From positions 17,918,001 through 17,982,000 of the forward strand of contig OX597830.1 of NCBI GenBank assembly GCA_951406725.2: DNA of 64,000 bases. The letters run 5' to 3'. The notes beneath the pieces are model-generated. The model made no database searches and was not told the origin of the DNA. It saw nothing but the letters and a program-made list of their open reading frames with translations. Source of the DNA: Octopus vulgaris (taxonomy: Eukaryota). Below are positions 1-13,077 of the stretch, piece by piece (position 1 is the first letter of the stretch; the number at the start of each line of letters is the position of its first letter). Both the position numbers and the translations under genes were made by a program.

Positions 1-117
1 TTCCGGATTCAGTCCTACTGCGTGGCATCTTGGGCAAGTGTCTTCTGCTATAGCCTCGGGCCGACCAATGTCTTGTGAGTGGATTTGGTAGACGGAAACT
101 GTAAGAAGCCTGTCGTA

Positions 118-170
<53 letters not shown>

Positions 171-388
171 ATATATGTTTGTGTGTCTGTGTTTGTCCCC
201 CTAGCATTGCTTGACAACCGATGCTGGTGTGCTTACGTCCCCGTCACTTAGCGGTTCGGCAAAGAGACCGATAGACTAAGTACTAGGCTTACAAAGAATA
301 AGTCCCGGGGTCGATTTGCTTGACTAAAGGCGGTGCTCCAGCATGGCCGCAGTCAAATGACTGAAACAAGTAAAGAGTAAAGAGTAAG
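1..388 (+). mobile_element. SINE family A (tRNA-type head, internal TA/TG microsatellite), 5' end cut by window edge
   Basis: Box-B-like GGATTCAGTCC, then ttgggcaagtgtcttc..gcctcgggccgacc, an internal (TA)n/(TG)n tract, 3' half ...ggtgctccagcatggccgcagtcaaatgactgaaac and a (gtaaaga)n tail. Matches the complete copy at 47600-48059. Confidence 0.9.
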
Positions 389-989
389 CAAATAAGAAAT
401 AATACTTACTGACCCAAAGACAAGAAAATTTTGAACTTTGCTACACAGTGTAACCTGACTACTAAAACGATTTACGTATAGTTCTAAATGAGGCCTACAT
501 TTCACATGCCTGGGTCCATTACCAGTTTAATGGAACCCCTAGATGATCGAATGACTACATAGAAGCTCCTTCATTCGTTTATAGAGCTGTAACCTTCTTG
601 GCTTTCCGTATTGGCATTACCAATGATAGCTAAACTAAAATGGCTTCAACTGGAAATTAAGACCAGCTGGTGAAATCGAAGCAGTTTCAAAAAAGTATGG
701 TCATCATAAAATCCCATTGTTTCACCTCACATCTCTTCTATGAAAAAAATTATGTTCTGCCAAAAATAAAAACTTATTTTGTGGATGGAGGTTTTCGGTA
801 AAACCGATAGACGCGACAGCATGCAATACAATAACCTAAATAATAGTAATATGCTATGGTAGCTTTCTATGATAGCTTTCTATCTATACTATACTATGAT
901 AGACTATTTTAATAGTCTATGACAAAATAAGGTATTGAGTTTCGCTGGAAAAAGAGATTATTACGGTCACGATGACATGAAAATGCTAA

Positions 990-1412
990 TAACGATGATG
1001 ATGGTGAGGATGAGGATGAGGAGGGGGAGGAAGAAGGAGGGGGGATGGGGGAGGAAGAGGAAGAGGAGGAGAAGAGGAGAGGAAGAGGGGAGGAGGAGAA
1101 GGAAGAAGAAGTATAGGAGGACCAGGAGGAGGCGGACGGGGAGGAGGAAGAAGAAGAGGAGGGGGACGACCAGGAGGAGGTTGACGGGGAGGAGGAAGAA
1201 GAAGAGGAGGAGGAGGACGACGAGGAGGAGGACGAGGATGACGAGGACGAGGAGGAGGAGGACGAGGAGGCGGAGGCGGACGGGGAGGAGGAAGACGAGG
1301 AGGACGAGGAGGACGAGGACGTGGAGGAGGAAGGCGGAGGAGGACAATGATGACGATGAAGAAACGACAGCGCAGTTACGACGACTATGATGATGATGAC
1401 GATGATGGTGAT
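990..1412. repeat. GAG/GAC/GAA-rich low-complexity tract
   Basis: Degenerate purine-rich triplets with recurring ggacggggaggaggaaga units. Overlapping ORFs in three frames are poly-S, poly-R and poly-L. Confidence 0.9.
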
Positions 1413-2874
1413 GTACATTTTTCTTGGTAAAATATTTATTTTGATATTCAATATATCTATAAAGGAGCCAAAGCACCTTTATATATACATTGGAGATTAA
1501 ATGCAGAAATTTTATTATGGACATCGATGAAAGGAGATTAAAAGACAGAGAGTAAGAAGAGGGTAGAAATATTGTGGGTGTTATAGAATGGAGAGGAAAG
1601 AGAATTACGCGTCGAAGACAGAAAGTGGGAACGATAGTGAGAAAGGAAGTGAATTAAGAGAAGAGAAAGGCAACGAGAAAAGGGAGAGAGAGTGCGAAAA
1701 GAAAGATGAGAAGTATGGAGAGTGGTAAAAAGTAAGTGGTTCATATGATGGTAAGCGGTGAAGAGAGAGAAGAGGAGACAGAAATACAGGCTGGATTCAA
1801 TATATTCATGGAGAAAGGGAGAAAAGTGATAAATGATAAATATCAACCATCTTCAACTTACATGATGGAACCCACTGCAGTTTTTATATACACGGCAAAT
1901 GTCAGCCTCATCTGTTCCGGTTTGTTTGCCTGGTCGTTTGTTCTTAATTCTTTTTGATGTTGCCTCGCATTGTAACGAGTTCTTCGTTGTTTTTTCTTAT
2001 TTTATGTTGTTGAACCTTTTGCTGGTCTTCATTTTGTCGAACAGTTGCGGACAAAATTATGAACGCTTAGAAGACACATACTTACATTAGGCGCATCCCA
2101 ATTTCAGCAGCCGTATCTGAGCAGTGATAATAATGTTTAGGCAAATGCTATCATGATGAAGTTAGGCTATTTATTGATAGAAGAGTCCGTCTTCATTAAA
2201 ATTAGCCGCATTAAAATTAGCGCCAGAGACAAAATGAGCTTACGGGAGGCCCAGCTTCGCATATTGGACCCGGGTTGATTCTTCTGAGATATTTTTATAG
2301 GGAACGGGAAGAGCATTTTATATGCAATCAAATAGGAGATTATGCAAAATAATAGCATAGAAATATAGATGTTTTCAGATGAAGAAAAAAGTAAGATGTG
2401 GTTGTACGGAGGACTGCTTCTTAAGGGGAGAGAATCGCTTCTAGATTTATTTCTCTTATGTTGCGAAATTTATACCAAAGGGTGAAGAGCATACATATAT
2501 TTCTATATAATTCTTTTCCTTTACTTTTTTATTTCCAGGAGACAAAGTCCTTACAAAGTCAGCCTGTAGTAAGCAAAACAGTTAAAATATGTAGGGTTTT
2601 TATAAATTTTGATAATGAACTTTTAACTATTGGTTGTCTACATTCCAAAGATAGAGATTCGTTTGTAAATTAGAAACAAACTCATTATGTGAAGAATTCA
2701 AAGATTTAAACACTAAATAGACCATAGGTGTCAATACACTTGCATAAACACCATGTTTATCTATCTATCTATTTATCTATCTATCTTACTATCTCTATCT
2801 CTATCTCACTTCTATTTCGTTTATTTCCTCCACCTCACTCTCCATTTTATATCTTATCTAAATTAACTATTTCT

Positions 2875-2928
2875 TAACCATCCCTGATGAAGGGATATAA
2901 TAAATATCCTGGAAACAGCTGTAAGACC
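2875..2928 (+). ncRNA. Type-I hammerhead ribozyme motif (PLE-type)
   Basis: CTGATGA (2884-2890), helix II gggata/tatcct, GAAA (2912-2915), palindromic cagctg, GTA site. Helix I is weak. The unit ends in (TA)n at about 2995. Confidence 0.7.
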
Positions 2929-3396
2929 TTATATCTATAAATGTTCTAAAATCTACACAGCCTTGGTTTTTTAACTCATTACGAAAAAAAATTTATATAT
3001 ATATATATATATATACCCACTAGTTTTTGCGGTGTAACACAAATGCATAGACTAATTTGCATATTAAACACATCCCTGGCAATTGCTAATGAATATCGCA
3101 CTGCTGACTGACGGTAAGTCACTATATGGGCTTGTGTATCTGTAATATACTTGGTAGTATATTATGATTTCAAAACAACATACTGTTGTCTCATCAGAAA
3201 TTAACATTTACATACCAGTTGTCAGGAATGTGATTAATATGCAAATTGGTCAATACAATTGCGTTACGTCGCTAAACCTAGTCGGTATTTAAGCAATGTG
3301 TTCGTGGATAGTTAATGGGTTAGATGAGGTACTGATGAATTGCAGTTCTGGCTCTGAATTCAATAGAAAACCTACAGAAATAAACTTAAAAGTATG

Positions 3397-3450
<54 letters not shown>

Positions 3451-3737
3451 CTCACTCTCTCTCTTTCTCTACCTTCGAAACACGGAGTAGTCGAAGCAGG
3501 GGTAGCTGAAGAAAGGGAATGTTCCTTGTGTTGTATGTCGTGTACTCTGTTTTTTCGTTGTTTGAAAAAGTCCGTTTCCATGTTTTTGTTTTTATGTTTC
3601 ATTTCTCGTTGTGTTCTGCGATTTTTTGGTGTCCTGTACCCATATATGCATGTATATATACATATAGATGTAAGTATGTACATATATGTATGTATGCATA
3701 TGTTTTATTTATTAATTTGTTATCATATATAGGTATG

Positions 3738-3776
<39 letters not shown>

Positions 3777-3818
3777 GGTATGTATGTATGTATGTATTTA
3801 TGTATGTATGTATTTATG

Positions 3819-3867
<49 letters not shown>

Positions 3868-4610
3868 ACATATATATATAAATATATATTACTTGATATA
3901 AGCTGGACATGAAACTGAAAGTGACGATGTATTGTCGCTGACATACTATATCATTATTGTATCATTATATTATTTATATTTGTGCGTGCGTATATGTGTG
4001 CGTGTACGTATGCAATATCACATACGTACGTAAATATTATATATATATATATACATTCGATTTTATATCATACGTTAGACTTGGTTAAATATGGCTGTAA
4101 AAGATGGGGGCAGTTGAATTGATTGAGATGTGTGGGCTCGATTTCCCCCCCAAAATGTAATTACCAGTATAGATTACCATACACTCAAAACAGACACAGA
4201 CTCATTCGCATGTACAAACACAGCACATAACAATACGCACTTCAACACGTTCTACCCTAATACACATGTAGATATTCAAATGATGTTCTAAAATAGAAGA
4301 CTAGTCATTTGAAATAAACGTCAACAATATTAGTAATGAAACTATTTGGTTGAATAAATGATCTTCTTATCGTTTGCTTTTATTGAAAAATTCGTTATAC
4401 TGTCCAAAGTTTATGGCGTCTTTAATACATAATTGTGACTGTGGTATTATCCTGCACACACACACACATACACACACAAGCACACACATACACACACACA
4501 TTTATGTGATTGAGTATACGTGTATGTGTGCCTGTGTGTATGTACGCATACATACATGTATATATTTGCCTACATAAATATACACGCTTATATGGATGTA
4601 TAGAGACAAC

Positions 4611-4657
<47 letters not shown>

Positions 4658-4771
4658 CTTTCTTTTTTTTTCTTCTATTTATCTATCTATCTAGATAAAT
4701 AGATAGATAGAGAGAGAGAGAGATAACTTTCTTTTTTCTATTTATCTATCTTTCTATCTATCTATCTATCT

Positions 4772-4843
<72 letters not shown>

Positions 4844-6107
4844 ACAGATAGAGAAATAGAAGAGGTGGGAAGCGAGATACATACATGCAAACAGAGACAT
4901 ACATACAGACATATTAAGGCGTTTGTAATGGTGATTCAATGGTACAACGTCTGTCATGTTTGTAGGAGGTATGGGTTCGTGTCCCACGGGCAGCCAGGGG
5001 TTTTTATTTTCATTATCTGCAGAGCTTTTTAGCCCAATATTTACACGCTATTATTTATTTCTTAATTTATTTAAAATTATACTGTCAAAAAACAAATTAC
5101 TTTACGTGTCTCGAAGTTTCTAAATTCTTATGTCGTTAATACTCACACACACATCTATGTATGTATGTATATATGTATGTATGTATGTATGCGTTTGTTA
5201 TTTATTTACAGTATAGCTGTGAAAACAGCACAGAAAGATTGGGTGTTTACCCTTAGAAGACGGAAAAAGTTGTCAACAGGCGGCTACGGGGAATCGAACT
5301 CCGTACCCATCAGATCCCGACTGGGCAACATTTTTCCATCTTCTAAAGAAAAATTCTCAATCTTACTGAGCTATTTTCAAAGCTATTCTGCGGTCAAAAT
5401 TTAATTTCTTGCCTGTAAAATGCTAAAACCTTCGGCACTTCCAAAATTTGTACGTACGTACGTATATCTCCCCCCACACACACACTCATGTAGACATACA
5501 CACACACTCATATGCCCATACATACACTCATACGCACATACACACACATGCATATATATGCGCACACACACACACACATGCACTCATACGCACATAGACA
5601 CATGCATTCCCACCCCATAATACGCACACATGCTAACACATACACACCCACACACACACACACTCATATAGACACACACACACACACTCATGTAGACATA
5701 CACACACACTCATATGCCCATACATACACTCATACGCACACACACATGCATATATACACGCACACACACACACATGCACTCATACGCACATACACACATG
5801 CATTCCCACCCCATCATACGCACACATGCAAACACACACACACACACACACAGCCACACCCACTCACTCATAAACTTTTCACCTCATTCGAATGAATCAA
5901 ACACCAGCTACTAACCGCCTCGTTGACACGCTCATACGTACATCGCTCACACAAACACAAACTCACACGCACACAGATACTATCAAACACACACACAAGC
6001 ACACTGGCCATCGTCGCACTCTACTGTACTAAAAGAACCACTTTGCTTATCTCTTTCGACTTTCGGTCACTTCAGCAATGTAACTACACACATGCTGTTG
6101 GCGATTT

Positions 6108-6329
6108 ATATTCCCTCTTTGGACTTTCCCGTTCTCCTTTTCGACGAAGAGCTATGCTCGAAACGTCGAAATCTCTCGCATTTTACTGAGCGTCAAAAAA
6201 ATACATCCTTGTTCACGTCCTCTTGTTGTCTGTTAATTTTATTATTCGTTTATTAGAATTGACTACATATACATATATAAATGTATATATATATATATAT
6301 GTTAGTTAGTTAGTTATGTATATATATAT

Positions 6330-6330
<1 letters not shown>
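6108..6330 (+). mobile_element. Short PLE-like unit with minimal hammerhead motif; left arm of an inverted pair
   Basis: ttt-TCGACGAA-gagc-tat-gctc-GAAA-cg-TC-gaaa at about 6138-6171. Near-identical reverse complement at 8610-8835. Confidence 0.7.
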
Positions 6331-6394
<64 letters not shown>

Positions 6395-6419
6395 AGTTAC
6401 GCGCGCGTGTAGGTGTGTA

Positions 6420-6907
6420 CTCTCTTTACTCTTTTACTTGTTTCAGTCATTTGACTGTGGCCATGCTGGAGCACCACCTTTAGTCGAGCGAATCAACCCC
6501 AGGACTTATTCTTTGTACGTCTAGTACTTATTCTATCGGTTTCACTTTTCCCGAACCGCTAAGTTACGGGGATGTAAACACACCAGCATCGGTTGTCAAG
6601 CGATGCGTGGGGGGGGGGGGGGGACAAACACAGACACACAAACGTATACTCACACACACACACACACATATATATATACATATATATATATACACAAATG
6701 TATGCATACACATACACACACACATATATATATATACATATATACGACTGGCTTCTTTCAGTTTCCGTCTACCAAATCCACTCACAAGGCTTTGGTCTGC
6801 CCGAGGCTATAGTAGAAGACACTTGCCCAAGGTGCCACGCAGTGGGACTTATCCCGGAACCATGTGGTTGGTAAGCAAGCTACTTACCACACAGCCACTC
6901 CTACGCT
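6420..6907 (-). mobile_element. SINE family A, full length
   Basis: Reverse complement of the 47600-48059 copy, with internal (CA)/(TA) tract. Confidence 0.92.
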
Positions 6908-7377
6908 TATGTATGTATTTATTTGTGAGTTGTTTGTACGTGGTGTGCCTGCGTGCTCCTGTGTGTGTGTGTGTGTGCATGTATACGTGACTTGTGTGCA
7001 TGTGAGTATGCATATTCTTATACTGTATTATATACAGCTAAATATGTATGTTGATGTAAAATGGACGCATACACTTTGGAGTGGTGAAACCAATGATATT
7101 ACATTGATATTACGAAACGGGTGTAACCATATGGAAATCGTATAGCAGTAATAAATCTACGTTCACCTCTTATATCTCGTGATTTTATGATCATTATTTA
7201 TCCCACTCGGGGTGAATGATAATCACATTTATTGCTTGCATATCCTGGATTTTCGGTTCCCTGGACAAGCTAAACAATATCGTAATTTAATTACTATGTA
7301 AACTGATAGCCGATTCCTTGCATGAGTGCTTACTGTGACTTCTGCTTCATTCTCTGAATGCAATTTTCTGTTTTATT

Positions 7378-7447
<70 letters not shown>

Positions 7448-7515
7448 TGTGCGTTTATCAATGTCGGCTTTATGTTCAGTTATAATAAAAGCAATTAAAT
7501 AAAAAAATATATAAA

Positions 7516-7795
7516 AAGGCGGCGAGCTGGTAGAAACGTTAGCAGACCGGGCAAAATGCTTAGCGGTATTTCGTTCTGAGTTCAAATTCCGCCGAGGTCG
7601 ACTTTGCCTTTCATCCTTTCAAGGTCGATAAATTAAGTACCAGTTACGCACTGGGGTCGATATAATCGACTTAATCCCTTTGTCTGACCTTGTTTGTCCC
7701 CTCTATGTTTAGCCCCTTGTGGGCAATAAAGAAATACGAATCGCTATCACACCGAGCAAAATGCTTAGCAGTGTTTTGTCTGCCGTTACGTTCTA
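7516..7795 (+). mobile_element. SINE family B (Nin/Deu-like central domain)
   Basis: Head aaggcggcgagctggtagaaacgttagc, box B GAGTTCAAATTC, then gcctttcatcctttc..gtcgataaattaagtaccag, followed by the start of a second unit. Confidence 0.88.
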
Positions 7796-7842
7796 TCTGT
7801 CTGTCTCTCTGTCTGCTGTCTTTCGTTTACTGTTCCGTTAAG

Positions 7843-8132
7843 TGAAGGCGTATGGCTTGGTGGTTTGGGTGTTGTGCTCATGATCGTTAAATCCTGGGTT
7901 CGATTAACAGGTCAAGCAGCGCATTGTGTTCTTCGGCAAAACACTTCATTTCACGTTGCTCTGTGATCATTTCGACATCCGACGTGTGGCACATTTGTGC
8001 ACCCGTATAGACGGTGTCGATTTTATTGATGGAGTGAAGTAATGCACATTTCATCACTATAAGGAAATCATCTGTGTAGGTCATTCAGCAAAACTGAACA
8101 TCCATACGTCCTCTTCGACAGGTGATTCCATC
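7843..8132 (+). mobile_element. Degenerate tRNA-type SINE (family D, related to 28025-28352)
   Basis: gtgaaggcgtatggcttggtgg box A, gggttcgatt box B, ttcttcggcaaaacacttcatttcacgttgctc core. Confidence 0.65.
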
Positions 8133-8139
8133 CTATATA

Positions 8140-8420
8140 TATATATATATAATCAAAATAAGCAACAAGGATATCCAGAGATAATGCAGTACGATCGTTT
8201 CATGAAACTCCATTTAATTAAACAAAGCAATCATTTCATTACATCAATTTAAAATGTAGAGCAATCTTCTGCTGCACAAAGACATAGAATTTAATTAAAT
8301 TAGAGCAGAAAGACACATTAGTATAAATTTAGCTAAGATCTCCAAGAAGTTAAGGAGATTGACAAAGAACATATACCTACGACAAATTCTGGTGCCTCAA
8401 CTTAAGTACCATATTCATCT
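8140..8420 (-). mobile_element. PLE-like hammerhead unit (same family as 49480-49730)
   Basis: Minus strand reads gtgcag-CAGAAGA...GAAA-cgatcg-TA-ctgcat (8184-8277; core U4 mutated). Flanked by (TA)n and (TACA)n. Confidence 0.7.
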
Positions 8421-8458
8421 GAATCTAAATTTTTACTATACATACATACATACATACA

Positions 8459-8489
<31 letters not shown>

Positions 8490-8564
8490 TTACATACATA
8501 TATATATATATATATATATCACACACACAAAAATTGGAGTATTTATTATAGACACTTAGATGAC

Positions 8565-8609
<45 letters not shown>

Positions 8610-8614
<5 letters not shown>

Positions 8615-8835
8615 ATATATATACATAACTAACTAACTAACATATATATATATATATATATACATTTATATATGTATATGTAGTCAATTCTAATAAACGA
8701 ATAATAAAATTAACAGACAACAAGAGGACGTGAACAAGGATGTATTTTTTTGACGCTCAGTAAAAAGCGAGAGATTTCGACGTTTCGAGCATAGCTCTTC
8801 GTCGGAAAGGAGAGCGGGAAAGTCGAAAGAGGGAA
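8610..8835 (-). mobile_element. Short PLE-like unit with minimal hammerhead; right arm of the inverted pair
   Basis: Minus strand ttt-CCGACGAA-gagc-tat-gctc-GAAA-cg-TC-gaaa (8775-8808). Reverse complement of 6108-6330. Confidence 0.72.
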
Positions 8836-8854
8836 AATAAATCGCGCGCGTAAG

Positions 8855-9000
8855 TGCGTAACTGGTACTTAATTTAATCGACCTCGAAAGGATGAAAGGC
8901 AAAGTCGACCTCGGCAGAATTTGAACTCGGAACGTAACGACAGACGAAATACGACTACGCATTTCGCCCGGCGGGTTAACGTTTCTGCCAGCTCGCCGCC
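8855..9000 (-). mobile_element. SINE family B, 5' part
   Basis: Reverse complement of ggcggcgagctggcagaaacgtt...gagttcaaattctgccgaggtcgactttgcctttcatcc. Confidence 0.88.
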
Positions 9001-9043
9001 CTATTAAAGAATAAGATATAACGAAGGAAAAATTAAATAATGC

Positions 9044-9100
<57 letters not shown>

Positions 9101-9400
9101 TATTAATTTTATCTATTAGTTATAATTATCTATAAGTGATTATGCAAGAAAGCCCATCTCGGACACTGGGGGTACCTCTTTAGTTTCTCTTTAAACTTAT
9201 AATGTTATTTTCTTAACGTTGAAATGATGAAATTGAACGAAAATATCATAATGGAAAACTAATGAGGTTCCTCCACAACCTCAGAAAGACTTTCTTACAT
9301 AATCGCTTTTGGATAATATAAGTAATAGATAAAATTAATCTAGTTATGCTGCTCATTAAGCACACTCATCTATTATGGCTTCATAGTATTTGTCTTGGCT

Positions 9401-10018
9401 AAGGCGGCGAGCTGGCAGAAACGTTAGCACACCGGGCGAATTGCTTAGCGGTATTTCGTCTGCCGTTACGTTCTGAGTTCAAATTCCGCCGAAGTCGACT
9501 TTGCCTTTCATCCTTTCGGGGTCGATAAATTAAGTACCAGTAACGCACTGGGATCGATGTAATCGACTTAATACCTATGTCTGTCCTTGTTTGTCCCCTC
9601 TGTGTGTGGCCCCTAGTGGGTAGTAAAGAAATAGGTATTTCGTATGCCGCTACGTTCTGAGTTCAAATTCCACCAAGGTTGACTTTGCCTTTCATCCTTT
9701 CGGGGTCGATTAAATAAGTACTAGTTACGCACTGGGTCGATATAATCGACTTAATCCGTTTGTCTGTCCTTGTTTGTCCTTTCTATGTTTAGCCCCATGT
9801 GGGCAATAAAGAAATAAGAAACGTTAGCACGCCGAGTGAAATGCTTAGCGATATTTCGTCTGTCATTACGTTCTAAGTTCAAATTCCGCCGAGGTCGACT
9901 TTGCCTTTCCAACTTTCGGGATCGATAAATTAAGTACCAGTTGCGTGCTGGGGTCGGTCTAATCGACTGTACCCCTCCAAAAGAATTTCGGGCCTTTTGC
10001 CTAGAGTAGAAAAGAATA
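9401..10018 (+). mobile_element. SINE family B, tandem array of about 3 units
   Basis: The cgttctgagttcaaattcc...gcctttcatcctttcggggtcgat block recurs at about 9470, 9650 and 9870. Confidence 0.9.
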
Positions 10019-10173
10019 TTATTTCATTTTATGTTATCGTATTCTCCTACCTTTTTCTTTATTTCTCCCTATTTTATTATTTTTCATTTTTCATTTTTAT
10101 CGTCTATTTTCTTATGATATTTGTATGTGTGAGTTGTAATCATGCCTGTGAAATACTGCTCCTCCTCGTGTGT

Positions 10174-10208
<35 letters not shown>

Positions 10209-10267
10209 CGTGCGTGTGTGTATGCCCGTACACGCACACACACAGATATATATATATATATATGTAA

Positions 10268-10453
<186 letters not shown>

Positions 10454-10869
10454 TAAAGCAGAAAAGAAAAGGCAAACAATTTGGCAAGACTTGACAAGGA
10501 CATTTAATTTAGCTCTATAGTGAAAGGTTCAGAGAGTCTCTATTTCTAGAATATCCCAGCCTATGGAGTCCTCGTATCGAGCGAGCATTCCATAGGCCGA
10601 GTACTCCGTCATCGGAGAGAGATAGCTTAGACATATGTAACAGCGGAATCAAAGAAGTAAATTCCTTTTCAATGGTAGTTATTTTTAGTCATTATGTCTA
10701 GAAAGACAGGAGAAATCCAATTAAGTCTAATTGCTGATTAGGTAAATCCATGATCAAAGAGAATGGTTAGATAGTAAAGACAGTAACCCATGGCAACGGA
10801 AAAATGAATGCTAGTTGTTCCAAGATTGGAAAAATACTGAAAGGAGGAATAAGTATAGAATGTGTGTGT

Positions 10870-11173
10870 GTTGTTCCTTCTCGAGGCAATGCCTGGCTCA
10901 TAAGGGCCGGTTTTCCCGGTTTCCTTGGCGTAGAGGTTCCCCACCTGGACGGGAGGCCGGTCCGTCACAGGTGAGCTGCTAGATGCAGGAGGAAAGAGTG
11001 AGAGAAAGTTGTAGCGAAAGAGTCAGCAGAAGTTTCGCCATTACCTTCTGCCGGAGCTGCGTGGAGCTTAGGTGTTTCGCTCATAAACACACACACTACC
11101 CAGTCTGAAATTCGAACCCGCGATCCCTCGACCGCGAGTCCGCTGCTCTAACCACTAGGCCATGTGCCTCCAC
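10870..11173 (-). mobile_element. SINE family C (tRNA-derived head)
   Basis: Minus strand gtggaggcacatggcctagtggttagagcagcggactcgcggtcgagggatcgcgggttcgaat with boxes A and B. Near-identical to 60555-60858. Confidence 0.9.
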
Positions 11174-11448
11174 TATAAGTATAGAATACTCTAGTAGGAG
11201 AAAGAAAGACGGATAGAAGATTTGTACGAGATATATACTAATCAGTATAGCGACGGGTACTCTTGCCCAGAGAGTTTAGGGGGTGCGTGTGTAAAGACAA
11301 ATTTATAAAGGGTGTATAAAGGGTGTTTCTGCTTTCCGCTTTTTGTTTTCTCTTTTTTACCTATTGTGTTTTCTATATACTGCCTTTTCAGTTTTTTCGC
11401 GTTTCTTTTTTATTTAATTTTTTTTTTGTTCGTTGTGATATGTGGTTT

Positions 11449-11503
11449 GCGCCTGAGGAATATGTTTGAGATATTTCTCAGCATATGAAACTATTTGTAG
11501 CAC
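11449..11503 (+). ncRNA. Type-I hammerhead ribozyme motif
   Basis: gcgc-CTGAGGA (11453-11459), helix II atatg(t)ttgaga/tctcagcatat, GAAA (11487-11490), imperfect helix III, GTA-gcac. Confidence 0.7.
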
Positions 11504-11659
11504 TTTAATACGTGTATTGTGTCCTTTAAATAAATAATATTTATCTCTCACTAGATGTTTTTTTGTCCTTTAAATAAATAATATTTATCTCTCACTAGAT
11601 TGTTTTTTGCAGAATTTTCTATCACGGAACCGTAAAAAAAAACATATATATATATGTAT

Positions 11660-12216
11660 ACACACACACACATACATACATACATACATACATACATACA
11701 TACATACATACAAACAAACATACATACATACATACATACATACATACACACATACATACATACATACATACATACATACAAACATACATACATACATACA
11801 TACATACATACATACATACATACATACATACATACATACATACAAACATACATACATACAAACATACATACATACATACATACATACATACATACATACA
11901 TACATACATACACACATACATACATACATACACACATACATACATACACACATACATACATACATACAAACATACATACAAACATACATACATACAAACA
12001 TACATACATACATACACACATACATACATACATACACACATACATACATACACACATACATACATACATACATACATACATACATACATACATACATACA
12101 TACATACATACATACATACATACACACATAAATACATACATACATACATACACACACACATACATACATACATACATACATACAAACATACATACATACA
12201 TACATACATACATACA

Positions 12217-12246
<30 letters not shown>
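11660..12246. repeat. (TACA)n microsatellite with CACA/AACA variants
   Basis: About 590 bp tetranucleotide tract; source of the MYVC/YIHT ORFs. Confidence 0.98.
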
Positions 12247-12247
<1 letters not shown>

Positions 12248-12324
12248 TGATACGAGCAACTCGTATTAAAGAATACTTTACATTCGTATTGAGTCCTGTA
12301 ATTTATCGCTTCTGGTGAAACAAC

Positions 12325-12385
<61 letters not shown>

Positions 12386-12557
12386 GGGTAGTCAATTTAC
12401 TATTTATTGTTTATGTACTCTATTGATTTTTAGAATAATGTGTTTTATAGTATATTCAGTTTTTTCTATATGTTGTGAATAACCTCTTTCACTATTGACT
12501 TGCTTAATAGAGGTTTTTCTCTAAATTATATAAATAAATAAATAAATAAATAAATAA

Positions 12558-12647
<90 letters not shown>

Positions 12648-12651
<4 letters not shown>

Positions 12652-12710
12652 GTAAAATAATATGACAATTATTCGGTTGCCGAATAATTGTCACATATTA
12701 TTTTACAGAT
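12648..12710. repeat. Near-perfect palindrome (29-bp stem)
   Basis: atctgtaaaataatatgacaattattcgg-ttg-ccgaataattgtca(ca)tattattttacagat. Confidence 0.9.
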
Positions 12711-13046
12711 AAATTTCTTCTATTTACATAATATTGAGTTCTCTTTCTTTCTTTTATTATCTTACCATTTTACCAATATATATATATATATATATATATA
12801 TCAGAAACAAGAATGGAGCACCAACAAACAAAAAGAATGCAGCTCCGATAACGAGCAGAGTCAACGACTATTGGAAAGGTTGCAAAACATCACGAAAATT
12901 TTAGAAAAAAGTAAATAAGTATGAGTGGAAATCGAACCGGTGTGTTAAATAATAAGGCACTAAAGGCATATATAACAAGGTATACATACATACATACATA
13001 CATACATACATACATACATACATACATACATACATACATACATACA

Positions 13047-13077
<31 letters not shown>

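Noticed and set aside
909-1524. 150-185 aa ORFs (poly-Ser, poly-Arg, poly-Leu)
   Set aside because: Translations of a GAG-rich low-complexity tract; no domain or splice context.
3470-3530. GAAAC..CTGAAGA arrangement suggesting a permuted hammerhead
   Set aside because: The helices do not close around the core in a valid topology.
4905-5335. Two tRNA-like stretches (gggttcgtgtccc on +; gagttcgattcccc on -)
   Set aside because: Only box-B-like parts are recognisable and I could not build a cloverleaf. Probably decayed SINE heads, not tRNA genes.
9401-10018. Regularly repeated units suggesting a CRISPR-like array
   Set aside because: About 200-bp SINE units with no unique spacers, no cas genes, and a eukaryotic context.
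11551-12259. 200+ aa MYVC/YIHT ORFs, and all similar YI, LSIY and HT ORFs across the window
   Set aside because: Stop-free frames of microsatellites.
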